Shown: positions 14,401-52,867 of the stretch, in pieces | Position numbering within the stretch: position 1 is the stretch's first letter | Layout: every line of letters starts with the position of its first letter | Assembly: GCA_002633005.1 (NCBI GenBank) | Contig: NMRA01000544.1 | Span: 209,158 to 273,157 of the forward strand | Source of the DNA: Phoronis australis | Taxonomy: Eukaryota; Animalia; Phoronida | DNA length: 64,000 nucleotides | Direction: 5' to 3' | Notes under the pieces: generated by a model | The model's database searches: none | The model's input: only the letters and a program-made list of their open reading frames with translations | Told to the model about the DNA's origin: nothing | Position numbers and translations under genes: made by a program

Positions 14401-17400
14401 ACATGAAACAGGAGTGACACCTGTTGCCAAAATATAAATCACACATCATATGTGTATTTTTCTTGTTTTGTAACTGCAGCTCTAATGACCCATTTTACAG
14501 AATATTAAAGCAAATTAAAATGATATGACAAAATTTATAACATCAATTTGACTTGAGATCACCAAAAACATAGTGCACTCATCGTTTAACCAATATCTAT
14601 AATATTTCTTTGGAAAGCTAATTGGCTGATTTCGTGAATTTAGATGTAAAAGTCTGGATCTACACAGAGGAGGCAGAGTGGCCTGGTTGATAAGTGCCCG
14701 CTTTCTTTACTCGAAGTCATGGGTTCAATTCCCACCAGGTCACACTGCTAAACCCTTGAGCCAGGTTTCTAGGGGCTCGGCTCGGTTTTAACCATATATC
14801 AATAAAGCATAAAAATATTTCCAGGTGATCAGTGCATTGGGCCCACATGCGAGGCCTGTGCACGTCTGGTACGTGTATCAGACCGCCTGCAATTATTTTT
14901 TATATTCTGGGTCTACACATTTCTTGTAAAAAAGCTCACTACAGAAGGTCGCTTTGTAAACTTAGATCTGAAAACCTTGGTCTACGAATTTTTTGTAAAA
15001 AAAATCTCTGTGTGTGGGGGGTTGCCGGTGAACGGTCCTGGGGCTGAGGGTTATGTGTCGGAATCATGGACGCCCTGGAATATTGGGAACATCATTTTGG
15101 ACACTCTATTTTCAAAATCCTGAATAAAGGCCTGGGTAGCGGCCAACAATCACATTAAAACATGATAAAAATGGCCACCGGGTGGTGCGCAATAGGTCAA
15201 ATCCAACTTAAAAATATGAAGTTGTTGTCTCTCTAAAAACCTATTTGCCAAATTTCATTAAAGATACAGAAAAAACATAAAACTGCCACTAAGGGTGCCA
15301 CTGTAGTAGGAAACATTCAAAAAACAATCACCAGGCATGCTCTTTCTAGTAGGAACACAAATACCAATTTTCATAATGATCCTTGAAGTAGTTTCACCGA
15401 TAGCGAAGCTGGTGCCAAAAATGCAAACAATTAAAATGGCAACTTTGTGTTCTACGTTATACCGTATCCATCTGAAAATATGAGGATACCATTGTCTCTT
15501 CAACAAAAACATATCAGCCAAATTTCAAGAAAATCTGTCAAGTGACTTCAAAGATACAAAGGAATGCATAAAAATTGAAATTGTCACTACAGAGAACAAC
15601 AGTGTAACATACGCCTAATAGTCAACATCCATTGTCACGTTAACAGAAATACACCTGCCAAACTTTACAAAGAAGCTGCAATGGATTCAGTGAAAAGCTA
15701 CGGAAGAAAAAAACACTACCACTAGGGGGCACCACAGTACAAGTACCTAAGCCCCAGACAGCTTGGTTACTTACTCTATGTTGTCCATCAGCGTCAGAAT
15801 CTCGCTGGTGTTTGACGTGGGTGCAAAGCACTGCACGCAGGAGTCTGGGGCACAGTCAGCTGCTTGGAACACCACCAGGCTATACATGGTGCAACTGTAC
15901 TGCAACCAAGCAAATGGTAGAAGACATTAGGGCCTTGTCGCAGCAAACTCGGCTTCAGAATGCGCAAGTCAGTCTTAAAGATACTCCTTCAGTTTCACTT
16001 TGGTTAAAAATTTACGAAAGCAATTTTAATGCAAACTAATTTATTCAAAACTGGACTTCAAATTGCCAGCTCTAACGTACGAAATGTTCTTGGTGGATTT
16101 CACAATATTTGTGCCATGGAAATAAAATTTTCAAACTAAAGGCACAAACAAAAAATCTTATTTGTTTGAGTAGAAAATTCATCGAACCTAATGGATTCGA
16201 ATGAATGTAATAGCTTTTTGAAGGTTTTCTGACTTACTCTTGACTGATAATTGCAAAGTTGTGCGTCGCAGATGTGACATCTTAACTTTTTTGAATAATA
16301 CCAATATATTAAATCCTAATTTCCAAATAACACATGGGCAACATATGTAGCACACCTTTGAACCAAATGAATTTATAAAGACCAGTCATTAATTGGTAAC
16401 TCTAATTACATCAAAAATTTGATAATTAACTTTTGTCACGTCCGCAACAGTCTGATTAACAAAATCTAATTTTCAAGAAAAAGTAATAGCTCAAACTAAC
16501 TCAAATTTTCTGATTTTTCAATACCTCAATTTCTCATAGAAGCGTCAAAAATATATTTTTATACCAAAGTATCTCACTGCATTAATTACTAAAACAATAC
16601 CAAAAAATGTCATGTTCGCGACAAAATGTCGACAAGACAAAATGGCTGCCCCCCCCCAATCCCACTAAATCCCAAGATTTGAGCACTAACTTGAAGCAAA
16701 TATGTATTTCTTCCAAATTAAGATTGCACAAGTCACCTAATTAATTTTGAGGACTTCCGGCCTGATGTCATCAAAAACTGTCCCTGATAAAAATTTTTTT
16801 TAGATAATTCTGAGTACTAAAGTATTATGCCTATTGATATGGTGTAGTTTTTAGACACTATTGTTATTTTTCTGGCCTACATCACAGCNGACAAAATGTC
16901 GACAAGACAAAATGGCTGCCCCCCCCCAATCCCACTAAATCCCAAGATTTGAGCACTAACTTGAAGCAAATATGTATTTCTTCCAAATTAAGATTGCACA
17001 AGTCACCTAATTAATTTTGAGGACTTCCGGCCTGATGTCATCAAAAACTGTCCCTGATAAAAAATTTTTTTAGATAATTCTGAGTACTAAAGTATTATGC
17101 CTATTGATATGGTGTAGTTTTTAGACACTATTGTTATTTTTCTGGCCTACATCACAGCTTATTCCACTAACAAGACACTAGGACAAAATGTCACGTCCGT
17201 GACGCAAGTGACATTTATTATATCAATTTGTGGCCAATAGAAATGACTAAACTTGCCACAAATAATATTTTTCTCAAACATACTGTCTGAACAGAGCAGA
17301 CTTTTAAGCATAATATCAATTGAAAACCACCATGTCATTTAGTCACATCCGCAGCGCTCCGATAATTAAGCTTTTTAAAAAATTAACAAATCAGGCATTA

Positions 17401-19045
17401 TTTTCTGTTAAGTGACATTGACCCCAATTCTCTTTAGATATGTAATAATTTTAAGATTACCGTATTCGCCCAAATAAGCATCCAGGGTGCTTAGGAAATT
17501 TGTTTAGTGAGGGGGCCCCTATTGTAGCCTAAAGCGGTTGAAACCCAGTCACCAAAATGGGTGAAATCGGAAGCTAGGATTCATCAAAATTTAAGCGTTG
17601 TGACGTATCCGTAACCTATGACAGACTTTCTACAAAGTTGTGGTGCATTGCTATTAAACTTTGTTGTTAAATTACGATACTTTTTCCAGAAAATTGTCTG
17701 GAAATCTCAGGGCGAAAACTCAGCGACTGATGCATCGCTACCTCGCAATCATCAGTAGGGCAACACTTGAATTCTTGAATGAAAATACAGTTTCGACTCG
17801 ACAAATTAGTTCTGTACTCAATAAATGAAATTAAAGCATCTTTAATATCTAGAATTCAAAATAAGATGAGGAAGATGTAACCGAGCAACTTAAGCCAAAA
17901 ACATGCCTCAGATGCGACACAGTACACAAGATCAAACTCAAGATTGCCCAACGCTTAGTCAGTTTCCACTTTTCACACTTACGTCAGTTCCATAGTCAAC
18001 ATTTTCTGCTGGGCCTCCATTGAAATGTCTGGAAAGTAAAGCACAAAATTTGAAATGTTACACTGTACACGGGCTCAAACACCTGTAACATGGTTGTTAA
18101 CATGTATACATGGATAAAATGGCAACAGAAATTAAAAATCAGAACGTATCACTCCCATTTAAAAGAAGTATATTATATTTTGCCTTGTAATATTTGCACA
18201 GGCTTAAAAGCCAGTGTTCTTGGTGATAAGTTTTGCAAGATTTTGAGGAATAAACAGACAAAATTGGATTTGCAGAGCAGCAGTGTATTTTGTGTAAATG
18301 CTCTTCAACGACACAGTGCAGTGCCAACATGCAATTACATCCCTTTCAGTGTTCAGTTGTGAATTTGGCCGAAACAAAATGTGGCTGCCAACGGACAATT
18401 TTTAGCAAGTAGCAAAATAAACTACACTGGCTTTAGTGATAATAGGACTGATGGTAACTTAATTGCACACGAGTAAAGGATGAAATAACATGAAAAATGC
18501 TTTTGACAGCTGAATTTCTATTTATTGGGCTTTCTGCTGTTCAGTACATTTCCCTCAAGAGTTATCATCAGCTCAGATATCGATTGGCAAAACACACTTG
18601 GACAGAGTTGTTGGACCCAACTAAACATGCTAAATAAAAATGTAACTGACAAGATGAGGTGAAACTGAAAGTAAAAATAATGCTACACTCAGTGACTCGT
18701 AAGTCAGAAACTCAAACCTAGAATCAAAAAGTAAAGCAGGGCTTTCCTTAACATAACATGCATGTTGCCAGTACATTCTAGGTCCCACCAAAAATTCACG
18801 TTTTTTCGTTCTGCCGACCTCAGAAAGAGGGCATTGTTATTGTTTTGGTTCGCACGAGTCGAACTTGGTCAAAAACCCAGTGTCCAACATTTTCAAAACC
18901 ATAAAAACTCCGCGTATTTATTTTACGAGTACACGCACTCAAGTGTTGGGATGATATAAGAAGACTTCAACGTTTCGAACGCAGCCCCAAGGTTAGCTGT
19001 GCCTTCGACGAGGAAAACGACATCGACAGGATCCGCAACAACCAT
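2270..19045 (-). CDS. MED25: Mediator of RNA polymerase II transcription subunit 25 (spliced gene, 13 coding exons found; 3' terminal exon not identified)
   Basis: Exons 18939-19045, 17983-18028, 15775-15899, 11719-11817, 10863-10983, 9713-9860, 9054-9134, 7584-7720, 6681-6804, 4982-5773, 3699-3807, 2957-3125 and 2270-2443 all have GT/AG ends and compatible phases. The translation contains MED25 VWA motifs (DVVFLVEGTANLG, FNGGP, YSLVVF..DCAP, FIGGGG.SCS.I.EAL.TAL, CVLICNS.PY, RGVHLSIMAPRKLPAL) and ACID motifs (WKGILEWQ, TRSLPC, WPQKITMQ, CEVSVMILTFSRKKRAFIGLIPNDQ). Confidence 0.95.
2957..3125 (-). CDS. MED25: MED25 exon 12, ACID domain (NASKWPQKITMQQLPQ...FKSLFRLVLQTKM)
   Basis: CCCCGCAG/GTGAGC junctions; WPQK motif. 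Confidence 0.92.
3699..3807 (-). CDS. MED25: MED25 exon 11, ACID domain (GILEWQDKTKTSAMDPGTKITRSLPCSVMVGIGDPD)
   Basis: Splice sites; LEWQ and TRSLPC motifs. Confidence 0.93.
4255..4478 (-). mobile_element. tRNA-derived SINE family A, copy 1
   Basis: Reverse complement aligns to 14668-14902 and 35371-35612 (CACACTGCTAGACCC, GGTTTTAACTATA, GTGTACCAGACC, T-rich tail). Confidence 0.8.
4982..5773 (-). CDS. MED25: MED25 exon 10, 792-nt glutamine-rich exon ending at the start of ACID (..QQQQDKKLIWK)
   Basis: ORF 4974-5735; CTTGCAG acceptor, GTAGGT donor; CAG/CAA tracts. Confidence 0.92.
6681..6804 (-). CDS. MED25: MED25 exon 9 (QSQGGQIHPAMTHVQPPRQAAPQKAQEAANSVLEQANISG[E]); alternative donor gives an end at 6687
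   Basis: TTTATCAG acceptor; two in-phase donors (GTGAGG, GTAACG) 6 nt apart. Confidence 0.82.
7584..7720 (-). CDS. MED25: MED25 exon 8 (low-complexity S/T/P/Q linker)
   Basis: CTTGTAG/GTTAGT junctions, phase 1-0, open frame. Confidence 0.78.
7963..8794 (+). mobile_element. Internally deleted non-autonomous DNA element (family B) hosting the foldback MITE
   Basis: Left end TATAGGACCTTATCGAC and right end CAGCCACTTCTGAGATATGATGTT...GGTCTTACATAACCTTA match 24100-24685, 25320-25592 and 56387-56590. Confidence 0.6.
8034..8728. mobile_element. Foldback MITE with ~300-bp imperfect inverted arms, flanked by TTAA (Kolobok-like)
   Basis: TTAA-GGTTATCTGGGACCTTAATAAAC ... GTTTATTAAGGTCCTAGATAACC-TTAA; arms pair along their length. 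Confidence 0.8.
9054..9134 (-). CDS. MED25: MED25 exon 7 (ERAPSPAPDQDDKQNVVKHSSPSVVST)
   Basis: Strong acceptor, GTAAGT donor, phase 1-1, open frame. Confidence 0.8.
9713..9860 (-). CDS. MED25: MED25 exon 6 (RGVHLSIMAPRKLPALYQLFEH...HLVLLKGFQLQ)
   Basis: TTTTCCAG/GTGAAT junctions; end of VWA domain. Confidence 0.92.
10300..10925. repeat. Degenerate ~95-100-bp tandem array derived from the MED25 exon 5 / intron junction
   Basis: Recurring CTCATTGTCT(T/A)ACCTCAGCCAACA..TTGGACAGCTGGTC..GATAT..GATATTCAGTAT units; about 6 copies. Confidence 0.75.
10863..10983 (-). CDS. MED25: MED25 exon 5 (SASEKHCVLICNSQPYDIKSFEHIKYHGYTCDQLSNMLAE)
   Basis: TTTGTAG/GTAAGA junctions; CxLICNS.PY motif. Confidence 0.92.
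11108..11160. repeat. (GAT/GAC)n microsatellite in MED25 intron
   Basis: Seen directly. Confidence 0.8.
11719..11817 (-). CDS. MED25: MED25 exon 4 (FIGGGGSSCSHIVEALCTALNVFDDYDALREP)
   Basis: AG/GTAAGT junctions; conserved FxGGGG motif. Confidence 0.92.
13089..13351 (+). mobile_element. Short non-autonomous TIR element
   Basis: CATGCACGCACC ... GGTGCGCGTATG termini with a poly-C subterminal tract. Confidence 0.45.
14668..14902 (+). mobile_element. tRNA-derived SINE family A, copy 2
   Basis: A box GTGGCCTGGTTG, B box GGGTTCAATTCC, shared body and tail. Confidence 0.82.
15775..15899 (-). CDS. MED25: MED25 exon 3 (YSCTMYSLVVFQAADCAPDSCVQCFAPTSNTSEILTLMDNI)
   Basis: TTGCAG/GTAAGT junctions; VWA similarity. 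Confidence 0.92.
16620..17158. other. Contig-overlap duplication (269 bp x2) around the N at 16889
   Basis: 16620-16888 is repeated at 16890-17158. Confidence 0.9.
17983..18028 (-). CDS. MED25: MED25 exon 2 (HFNGGPAENVDYGTD)
   Basis: TTTCCAG acceptor, GTAAGT donor, FNGGP motif. Confidence 0.92.
18939..19045 (-). CDS. MED25: MED25 coding exon 1 (MVVADPVDVVFLVEGTANLGAAFETLKSSYIIPTLE)
   Basis: ATG at 19045-19043; start of VWA domain; GT donor. Confidence 0.92.
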
Positions 19046-19434
19046 TGCAGATAACTTCAAAATGTGCGTATTTTTCCTTCTTCAACACTTCCGCCGAAGC
19101 TGCTTTATAAAATGTCGTAAATACCGGAAAATGTTTATCTTTTATTTGTCGTCAACAATATGTGTTATTTTCCTCAAAACAGATTAATTCATTATGTTTG
19201 CATGTAATAAAACGTTGTTTCTTGCATAAACTATTAATTTTATATTCTAATTTGGCAAAATTTGTGGTTTTAAGTGACTCTCGGTGCACATTTTGTCTTT
19301 TCTACCCAGCATGTCCCGGATTTTTCTTAAACATGGAGGACCCAGTGAACTGATCGAATATTCATTGATTGATGAATAAGTCGCTAAATCACCTTTTGTA
19401 GCAATGTTATCTTGATGCAAGGCCGTGTTAAATA
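19046..19434. promoter_or_regulatory. Putative bidirectional promoter plus 5' UTRs between MED25 and BRSK
   Basis: Divergent ATGs 389 bp apart; ETS/GABP-like CCGGAA at ~19124 and CTTCCG at ~19088. Confidence 0.6.
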
Positions 19435-45455
<26,021 letters not shown>

Positions 45456-46496
45456 CAGTGCGTTGATGTCTGCTCCAGGATTTACTTTGTACTAACTTCT
45501 CATTACTCAATTTTCAGGCATGACTTATCGTGGCTATAAATTACTAGATGAATATGTAAATTCCAGTGTGTGTTGCCTAGGTTACCTAGTGATTAGCCCA
45601 TAAACGTATGTCTTCGTATTATAATGTGGAAGAGAAACCTCCAACATTCGAAGTGCAGTTCACTTGAAAACCATAAAAATCAAACTCAAATACATTTGAT
45701 AGCAAATTTTTTTGTTTGTAATACTGAAACTGTATTTCTTGTCTTCATAAACATAATTTATGTAGCTTGTTAGAGCTTTGGTTCACTTTTGGATAAACTT
45801 CAAGTCTAAGTTTGGAGATTAAGTCGTGGACTCAGCACTCAGAAAGTCCCTTGTCATTTGTAAACAAATTAAACTTAATTTGCATACGATAAAATCTCAC
45901 CGGTTTAGGACACAACTTGGTGAACAAGTAAAATGTCTTTCCTACAAAAGTTTCAACAAGTAAATGGTTTATCACTTCTAATTTGTAGAACATAGATACC
46001 ATCACTCAACTTTTGAGAAAGTATGGACATTCACAATTCACAGTTTTATTTATAAGTTTTTGAAAAGTGTAAACTTGGCACTTTTGGTAATTCTTTTTGT
46101 CCGAAGTTGGTGAGATTTTTCCGTATTCTCAGACTTTATGGTATGCATCTAGTTTTTAAAAGTTGCTGTGTCAAATTGCTTCCTCTGCTGGTCACTGTCA
46201 AGACTGAATGTTATGATTCATTTCCATGAAGAGAGGATGGTAACCTAGTTGTCTTGCTGGACTCGGTAACACTGTGATTGTCATGTGACAGTGACTATCA
46301 TGATGTCTACACTTCCGACCTCTAGAGGACCCTACAAAAAGTTTCTTGAAGATAAAGTTTGTACCAATTTTAGTCATCACCGAGTAAATATTGCTGCAGT
46401 AATTTGGAGTTGCAGCTCTTGTAGACAAAACAGATATACTCTGAATTCAATACGTGTGTATTCATGTCACAGGATACCTGTATTATCAACTACCAT

Positions 46497-47085
46497 ATTT
46501 CTTAAACAAGTTATAAAATATTAATAATGGACCCATAAAATGTATATTTTAAAATTCTTGATGATCACAGAATATCAATAATTATGCACGAAAACAATAT
46601 CCAGATTTTTGTGATCACGACTGGATATTTTTCTAAAAAATTATTCATGAAAATTGCCAAATTTTCCGCCAACACGATTTTGTTTGAAACTTGCAAATCC
46701 TGTATCTTTATTCTATCAGCTACAAAAGCTTACCTGGGACTTTCTTCTTCAGGTCTTTTAGCCTGAGAACACTGCTGTCAAAACTGAAGCGATCACAATT
46801 CCTTAAACAACTTAAGTCTTGGCTTTGGACAGCCACGCTTTTGGGTTGCAATGCCTTAAAAGGAAATTCTAGGCATGTATTTGTAGGTAACAAGATAAAA
46901 AGGAAATTGTAAGTAAAAAATCGTGTTTGAGGAAATTTGGCAATCTCCATGAAAATTAATGTTTTTAGGAAAAAAATGATCATCTTGGCATTGCTTCTGT
47001 ACACATACTATGTTTCTGTTGTCAACAATGATCTTAAAAACAGTTATATGGGTCTACTTTTGATATTTTAAGTTATTTAAGAAAT
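46497..47085. mobile_element. Degenerate foldback element with ~190-bp inverted arms downstream of the BRSK stop
   Basis: CATGAAAATTGCCAAATTTTCC..AACACGATTTT pairs with AAAATCGTGTTTGAGGAAATTTGGCAATCTCCATG; outer ATTTCTTAAA..GACCCAT pairs with ATGGGTC..TTTAAGAAAT. Confidence 0.7.
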
Positions 47086-49334
47086 TCCATCCTCTATAAA
47101 GGAGATATCCCCAGCACCCCAGTGTTTTAGTCAGTTTTGTCTTCAATAAATATTTGAAGTATTTATTTTGGAGTAATTTAATACAAAAGTTCCAGGAGAT
47201 CCAGGTAATTATGGCGTTTTTCTTATCAAAGCATCTAGCTCATACTCATCAGGAATATTTCCCAGTATGCACCAGCTGAGTATCGTTTTAGCAATTGTTT
47301 CGCGCAGTGTTTGTTTGCACGTTAGAAATTGCTTGTCCTTCTCTCCGATTATCTGACAGAATTATAATCAGTCAAAAAGCTTCTGTAGACTAGCTTTGTG
47401 TAAAAAAATGACTTGATTCAGGCCACTTATCACGGTGAAGCTGATGTCGACCTGTTCTTTACTCAGATTAGAGCTGATTTGTTGGCTCATTGTTATTCCT
47501 GGAGATCATTCTCAATAGGAGTTAGCTTGTCATGGCGGCCATTTTCTGGGCTCTGTATGTTATCAAGAAATAACAGAACTTTCAGATATTTCTAAGCCCA
47601 GAAATTGGATCTACTCCGAGTAAGAAACAAGTGGACACCAATTTTGCAGTGGGGAGGGTTGTTAAAGGAAAAGTTATGATTTCGTTGATGAGATGGGTTT
47701 AGACCAGCTTTACATGGTATCTTTAATAAAAATCGTGATTTTGTTTGGTTCAGTGATGTTTATTCATAGGAATCAATAACAGTGTTTTGGTCTTAAAGGA
47801 CTCTTGACTTGTCATAACCTAGTAAAGAAATATTGTTTTATCATTGTGGAGTGATTGTCAGTATTAAATGGTCATCTATTTGTCAAGTGCAGTTATTTGT
47901 ATTATCTCTATATGACGCCACAAAACACCTCCGATCATGTAGCAGTTACTCCATCTGTTGTTCAGGCAGAAAACCAACCAGTTTTCCATTTTTCTTGCTC
48001 TCACATTTCATTCAGTGCATAAATGTCGTGACATGCATGGACCAAGTTAGTAAGACCAATTGCAAGGCAGTGAGTGGCTTAATTCAAAAGTTTTCGACAC
48101 TGCAGATTGCCGAGCATAGGTGTTTTGTGGCTTTGAATGTGATTGGTTTGTTTATTTACACAAGACGAACTTCTTATTTGATATCTATATTTTGTAACAG
48201 TTTTTGTATGACCATGACAAGAATGTGGATGAGTTCCTGTTATTATCAAAAGTGGCTGGTCGCATTACTCCATGCAGTCATAATTATACTAGTCTAATAT
48301 CAGGTGGTTTTCCGCATAGTAGGAACTGAGGTGTTCGTGCCTTGGGGGGGTTATGACTTGTAAAAGTGCAATATGCTTTATTTTGATATCCTCACTGGAA
48401 CGAAAGAGATAAATGTTTTGTTGCTGCTAGTGAAGCCGGTAGTGGGAAATGGCTTCCAGCAAAGCGCACAGTGCAACGTATTTTTGTATGTATGAGATAT
48501 AAAGTCCTCTCTCCATATTGCGATTGTGTGAGCAAATCTGGATATTGACCACCGAGGCAACAAATTAGTAAATTGTTGAGGAATTTTCCACGAGATGTTT
48601 CCTTGTATTCCTACCTGGACCGGGCAAGCTCATCAACTTTCACTCACATACAATAATCAAAAAACCACCGTTCCCTGAGTGCACTATGCGAAAATTAGTA
48701 TTTAGTAATGTGTAAAAGGTGCTGACATGGCAAGTTGAGAATTGCCTTGAAATATCAGTTCTTGTCCTATGTTGTCCATGACTGAAGTGAGTAAACTTAC
48801 TGTAATTTTATTTTAGAGTGTATCCACTATTTATAATCCAAATGTAAAAAGTGACAATTTCAAACAATAGGTATTACCATAGTTGTTGTGGTGTGTAAAA
48901 ATGTGTGTACATAGTAGTGATTTATCGTGTCTTGTAGATTTTCACTTTGTTGGGTACAACTAATAAATGATGCCAATACAGATCTGTCAGATTTTCGACT
49001 TTCTCAATGCAGAAGTGTGCAATCTATTAGTGGTCACGATTATAGCGAATTAGAAAACAGAGGTGATGCATGTTGTCATGACATCGCACACATCTCAACT
49101 TTGCAGTTTTCCGTAGTTAAGTGGAGACGGCATTACGCGTGGAAACACTTCCTGAGTTTGGCCGACTTGTGTTACAAACCAATCTTGTCTGCCCCAATTT
49201 TACTGAAACATTGTTGAAACAAAATTGGCCCAGTAAAAATAAATTATTACCGATATGGCTGGAGGGAAATCGTTGAAGAACAACCTTACGTAACCTGCGT
49301 GGTGATGACTCCCCTTTGGTGAGGACTTTCGTTT

Positions 49335-49936
49335 AACACACTTTGTGTTTCCATATTCCACCAACTTATGTGGGGAGAAACCATGGCAACAGAGGACACT
49401 TCTTACATTTTAGGGGCCATGTTTTAAAAACCCATGTTTGACATTGCACACGCACTTGTTTCTCAAAATAGCACACGGACAGATATACAGACACTCACCA
49501 TACTGCGATGGAACCTAACAACACACAAGCAAGAACAACGAACAGTGCTGTCCTAAACGCGTTTATTTCAATAACAAGACATTTAAAAGTAACACAAAAC
49601 ACACAGAGGTAGAGTTTACCAACCTATATTATTAGNAACACACTTTGTGTTTCCATATTCCACCAACTTATGTGGGGAGAAACCATGGCAACAGAGGACA
49701 CTTCTTACATTTTAGGGGCCATGTTTTAAAAACCCATGTTTGACATTGCACACGCACTTGTTTCTCAAAATAGCACACGGACAGATATACAGACACTCAC
49801 CATACTGCGATGGAACCTAACAACACACAAGCAAGAACAACGAACAGTGCTGTCCTAAACGCGTTTATTTCAATAACAAGACATTAAAAGTAACACAAAA
49901 CACACAGAGGTAGAGTTTACCAACCTATATTATTAG
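49335..49936. other. Contig-overlap duplication (~300 bp x2) around the N at 49636
   Basis: 49335-49635 is repeated at 49637-49936. Confidence 0.9.
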
Positions 49937-50016
49937 TAATACCCGTGTTACCTACAATAAATAGTATATAGAGGTACACATAGATACAGTATAGCACAAA
50001 TTCGGGCAATGAGATC

Positions 50017-50083
50017 CCATGGACATCAATAACGTAATGTGTCCATGGCGACATGGACATCAATAACGGACATGTCCATGGCG
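50017..50083. repeat. Tandem pair of ~33-bp hairpin units (CATGGACA...TGTCCATG)
   Basis: Direct repeat in which each unit is self-complementary. Confidence 0.7.
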
Positions 50084-51281
50084 ATACTTAACAGCACTTT
50101 ATGGCGCGAAGAACACACTTGAGTAGCTCATTGAGCTCCCAACTTGAATTAAGTGGCTACAAACCCACCTTTCAACACAAAAACTCTTAATTTAGATCAC
50201 TCTCTGTTAAGGAAATGGTCAGAAATTGTTTCTTTTTCAAAATAGGCGTGTACTTTCTGGACCTGGACAGACCTAACAGGTTCTTTATTGCTCGAGACTA
50301 AGCTCTACACGATGACTTCATCATGGCGTGTCATTTCATTCGCCGAGCATGGAATAAGAATCTGTCATTTCATTGCAAGATCAAAAATCACTTCTCAAGT
50401 TGAGGCCAATCTCGAAATAATAAGTGGACTAAATCAAAATTAAGTTTCTCTGATGCAACGCAGGTATATTGCCTTGTTAATTAGTCTGACAATAAATCAA
50501 CGTGCCGCATATATATGTATATACACACATATTTAGGTCCATACACCCATATGTGAATCCTATACAGAACAAAAAGTATAGGCCTGAACATAAAACGCTG
50601 AGTAAAACCAAGCAGCAAATTATTTAAAAGTTCGTGAATCTAAACTCCTTCAATACAGACTGGTATTTACTACTTAAAGAAAAATATTGAGAATGGATGA
50701 AAAACAAGTTTGAGACATTCACACATGTAGGAGGCAGTCGCCTGTCCTTATAAGCAAACTTAAAGTGTATGACACATGAAATATTACAACACAACATTCT
50801 TTGTCAACAGACATTTTCAATATAGGTGCATGGGCCAAAATACGCACACGTACAGTATCGAGGGTTATAACACCATATTAAATAATACATGAAAACCTAT
50901 ATAAAACTTTGAATCACAATGAGTCTGGCCAAGTTTAAAATAAAATATGGATAGCTACGATTTTCTTATACAATATCAAGACAAGTCAATCATGACTTAC
51001 CCACCTAATCACAGTATACTCTTGTAGCTGGCTATAGAGAATGTATTATATTCATCACTTCTTTTATATCAAAAAATACAATTAATTATCTGTGTGTAAT
51101 CCAACCAAAAGTAAAGATCAGCCTTCAGTTGAACTCTTCACAAAACCAATAATTACAAAAATCATATCCTCAGACTGACATTCTTGTCTTTTTGTTGAAT
51201 AACAAATTAGAATCATCACCAAGAACAAAAGAACAAGCTATGACATATCCCCAGGCCCGATACAAAACAACTGCGCTACAG

Positions 51282-52866
51282 ACAAGCTATGATGTATCCC
51301 CAAGACCCGATACAACATAACTGCAGTACAGAGCAAAAGTAATCAGCAACTGTAAAACACCATGACGAGCGATTCTTTTAATATACAGAGACAACGTCTG
51401 GGAATGACTGCTTTATTGTTGTAAGACCTTAAGTTGAATAGCTTTTCAAACATGGTAACTTTCCAATAAATTCCTCATACGCAGTAATGGTTAAGCACTT
51501 GTATAATAAACCCCTCTTGTGCCCAGTCAACATGACGAAATTTCAGTTTATCCAATGGCCACTTCCCAGAATATCACCGAGTTGCCTCCCGTTCTGGAGA
51601 ATTTACCCACAATGTTGGGCGACTACTGCCACTTGTAGCAAAGTTGTACACTGCTGCCGAGCTCATCATTTTTTTATTAAAATCAAATAACAATTTGAAA
51701 TTCTCGTGGCAATGAAGTTTTACTGTTGTGTATAAAGTTGCAATGCAAACATCAAAAAATTGATTGAAAAGCCCAGTCAGGCATGATCGTTCTCCACTTG
51801 TATGTCTTACGGCTCAGGAGTGTGATAACGGCACTCTATTTAAAAATCTAGATTGATCATGCAATGCATTTTTTTTCTACCTCTGCAAAAGAGAGTTGAA
51901 TCTGGGAAGTGGGAATTACTTCTAACGCTACAGCAGATCACTATTTCTTTTTGTCCACTGTAGTACACCTACCAAAAACCATGGTCGGTACAAAGGTATC
52001 AAAATGTATCACGAGAAGTAATCTCCAATAACTTAAGATTAACCAAATTCAACAAAGTGCCCAAGATATTGCTACAAGGTTATTAGTACCATTTTTATCA
52101 TACTTAAAATGCAGAATGTAGTAAGGTAACCTGTATTCGCTATTCTTTCAAAAATTGATGATAATTCAAACTTTTCAATTTCATGACAAGAAATTCTCCA
52201 GCAAAACATCATCCATAAGAAAATAAACACAAAACCAAATAAGGACACTTTTCATAGCCCAAACTTGTACAATAAATTGTGCGCAACCTACTGTTATCAC
52301 AAGTCACTCTGCAAGCGAAAGTTCAGCATCTCTCAACAAACCAATCTCTTCTTCACCGTCACAGCTGCCTCTATCATCGCCACCACCATCGAAATTCTTT
52401 GTGAACTCCACTTTGTCATTCTCATCAACGTATTTAGTTAACCCGTAATCATCCCATGACAAGTCCCCACTGCATCGACCAGTGCTGTTCTCAGCGCCAT
52501 CTCCAGGAAGACTGAAAATCTCTGTCACACGCACCTTGTTATCTTCCATGTAGTAATACGCCAGCACAGCCTCGCTTTCATTTGCCACCTGTAGGCAATT
52601 TTCAAATGTGTCATACAACTGGTGACACATGTCGTCTTCCATCCCCTGAGCGTGTTTGTGGTGACCTTTGTGTGTCGGATGCACTGTTGTATGAATATTG
52701 TGGTGTGACGACACGTCTTCGATGTCCATGCTGTCGAAGACTTCATCACCCTCGATCAAACTCTGGCGGATGTGGTGTAGTTCCTCAATATACTGATGAG
52801 TGGCGTGTCGCATGGAGTAGTGAGATGGGAAGTCCACACCATGCTTTAGACGAGACATCGATGTGA
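51282..52866 (-). other. Near-identical duplicate of 53052-54635 (PNPLA2-like last exon part plus 3' UTR); probably an uncollapsed haplotype
   Basis: Offset of ~1770 bp; the copy ends exactly at the N at 52867; scattered SNPs. Confidence 0.85.
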
Positions 52867-52867
52867 N

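Noticed and set aside
16620-17158. Biological direct repeat or LTR pair (also 49335-49936)
   Set aside because: The copies abut a single N exactly, which is the signature of unmerged contig overlap.
47833-48297. 154-aa ORF downstream of BRSK
   Set aside because: Non-ATG start, no recognisable domain, composition typical of UTR or intergenic DNA.
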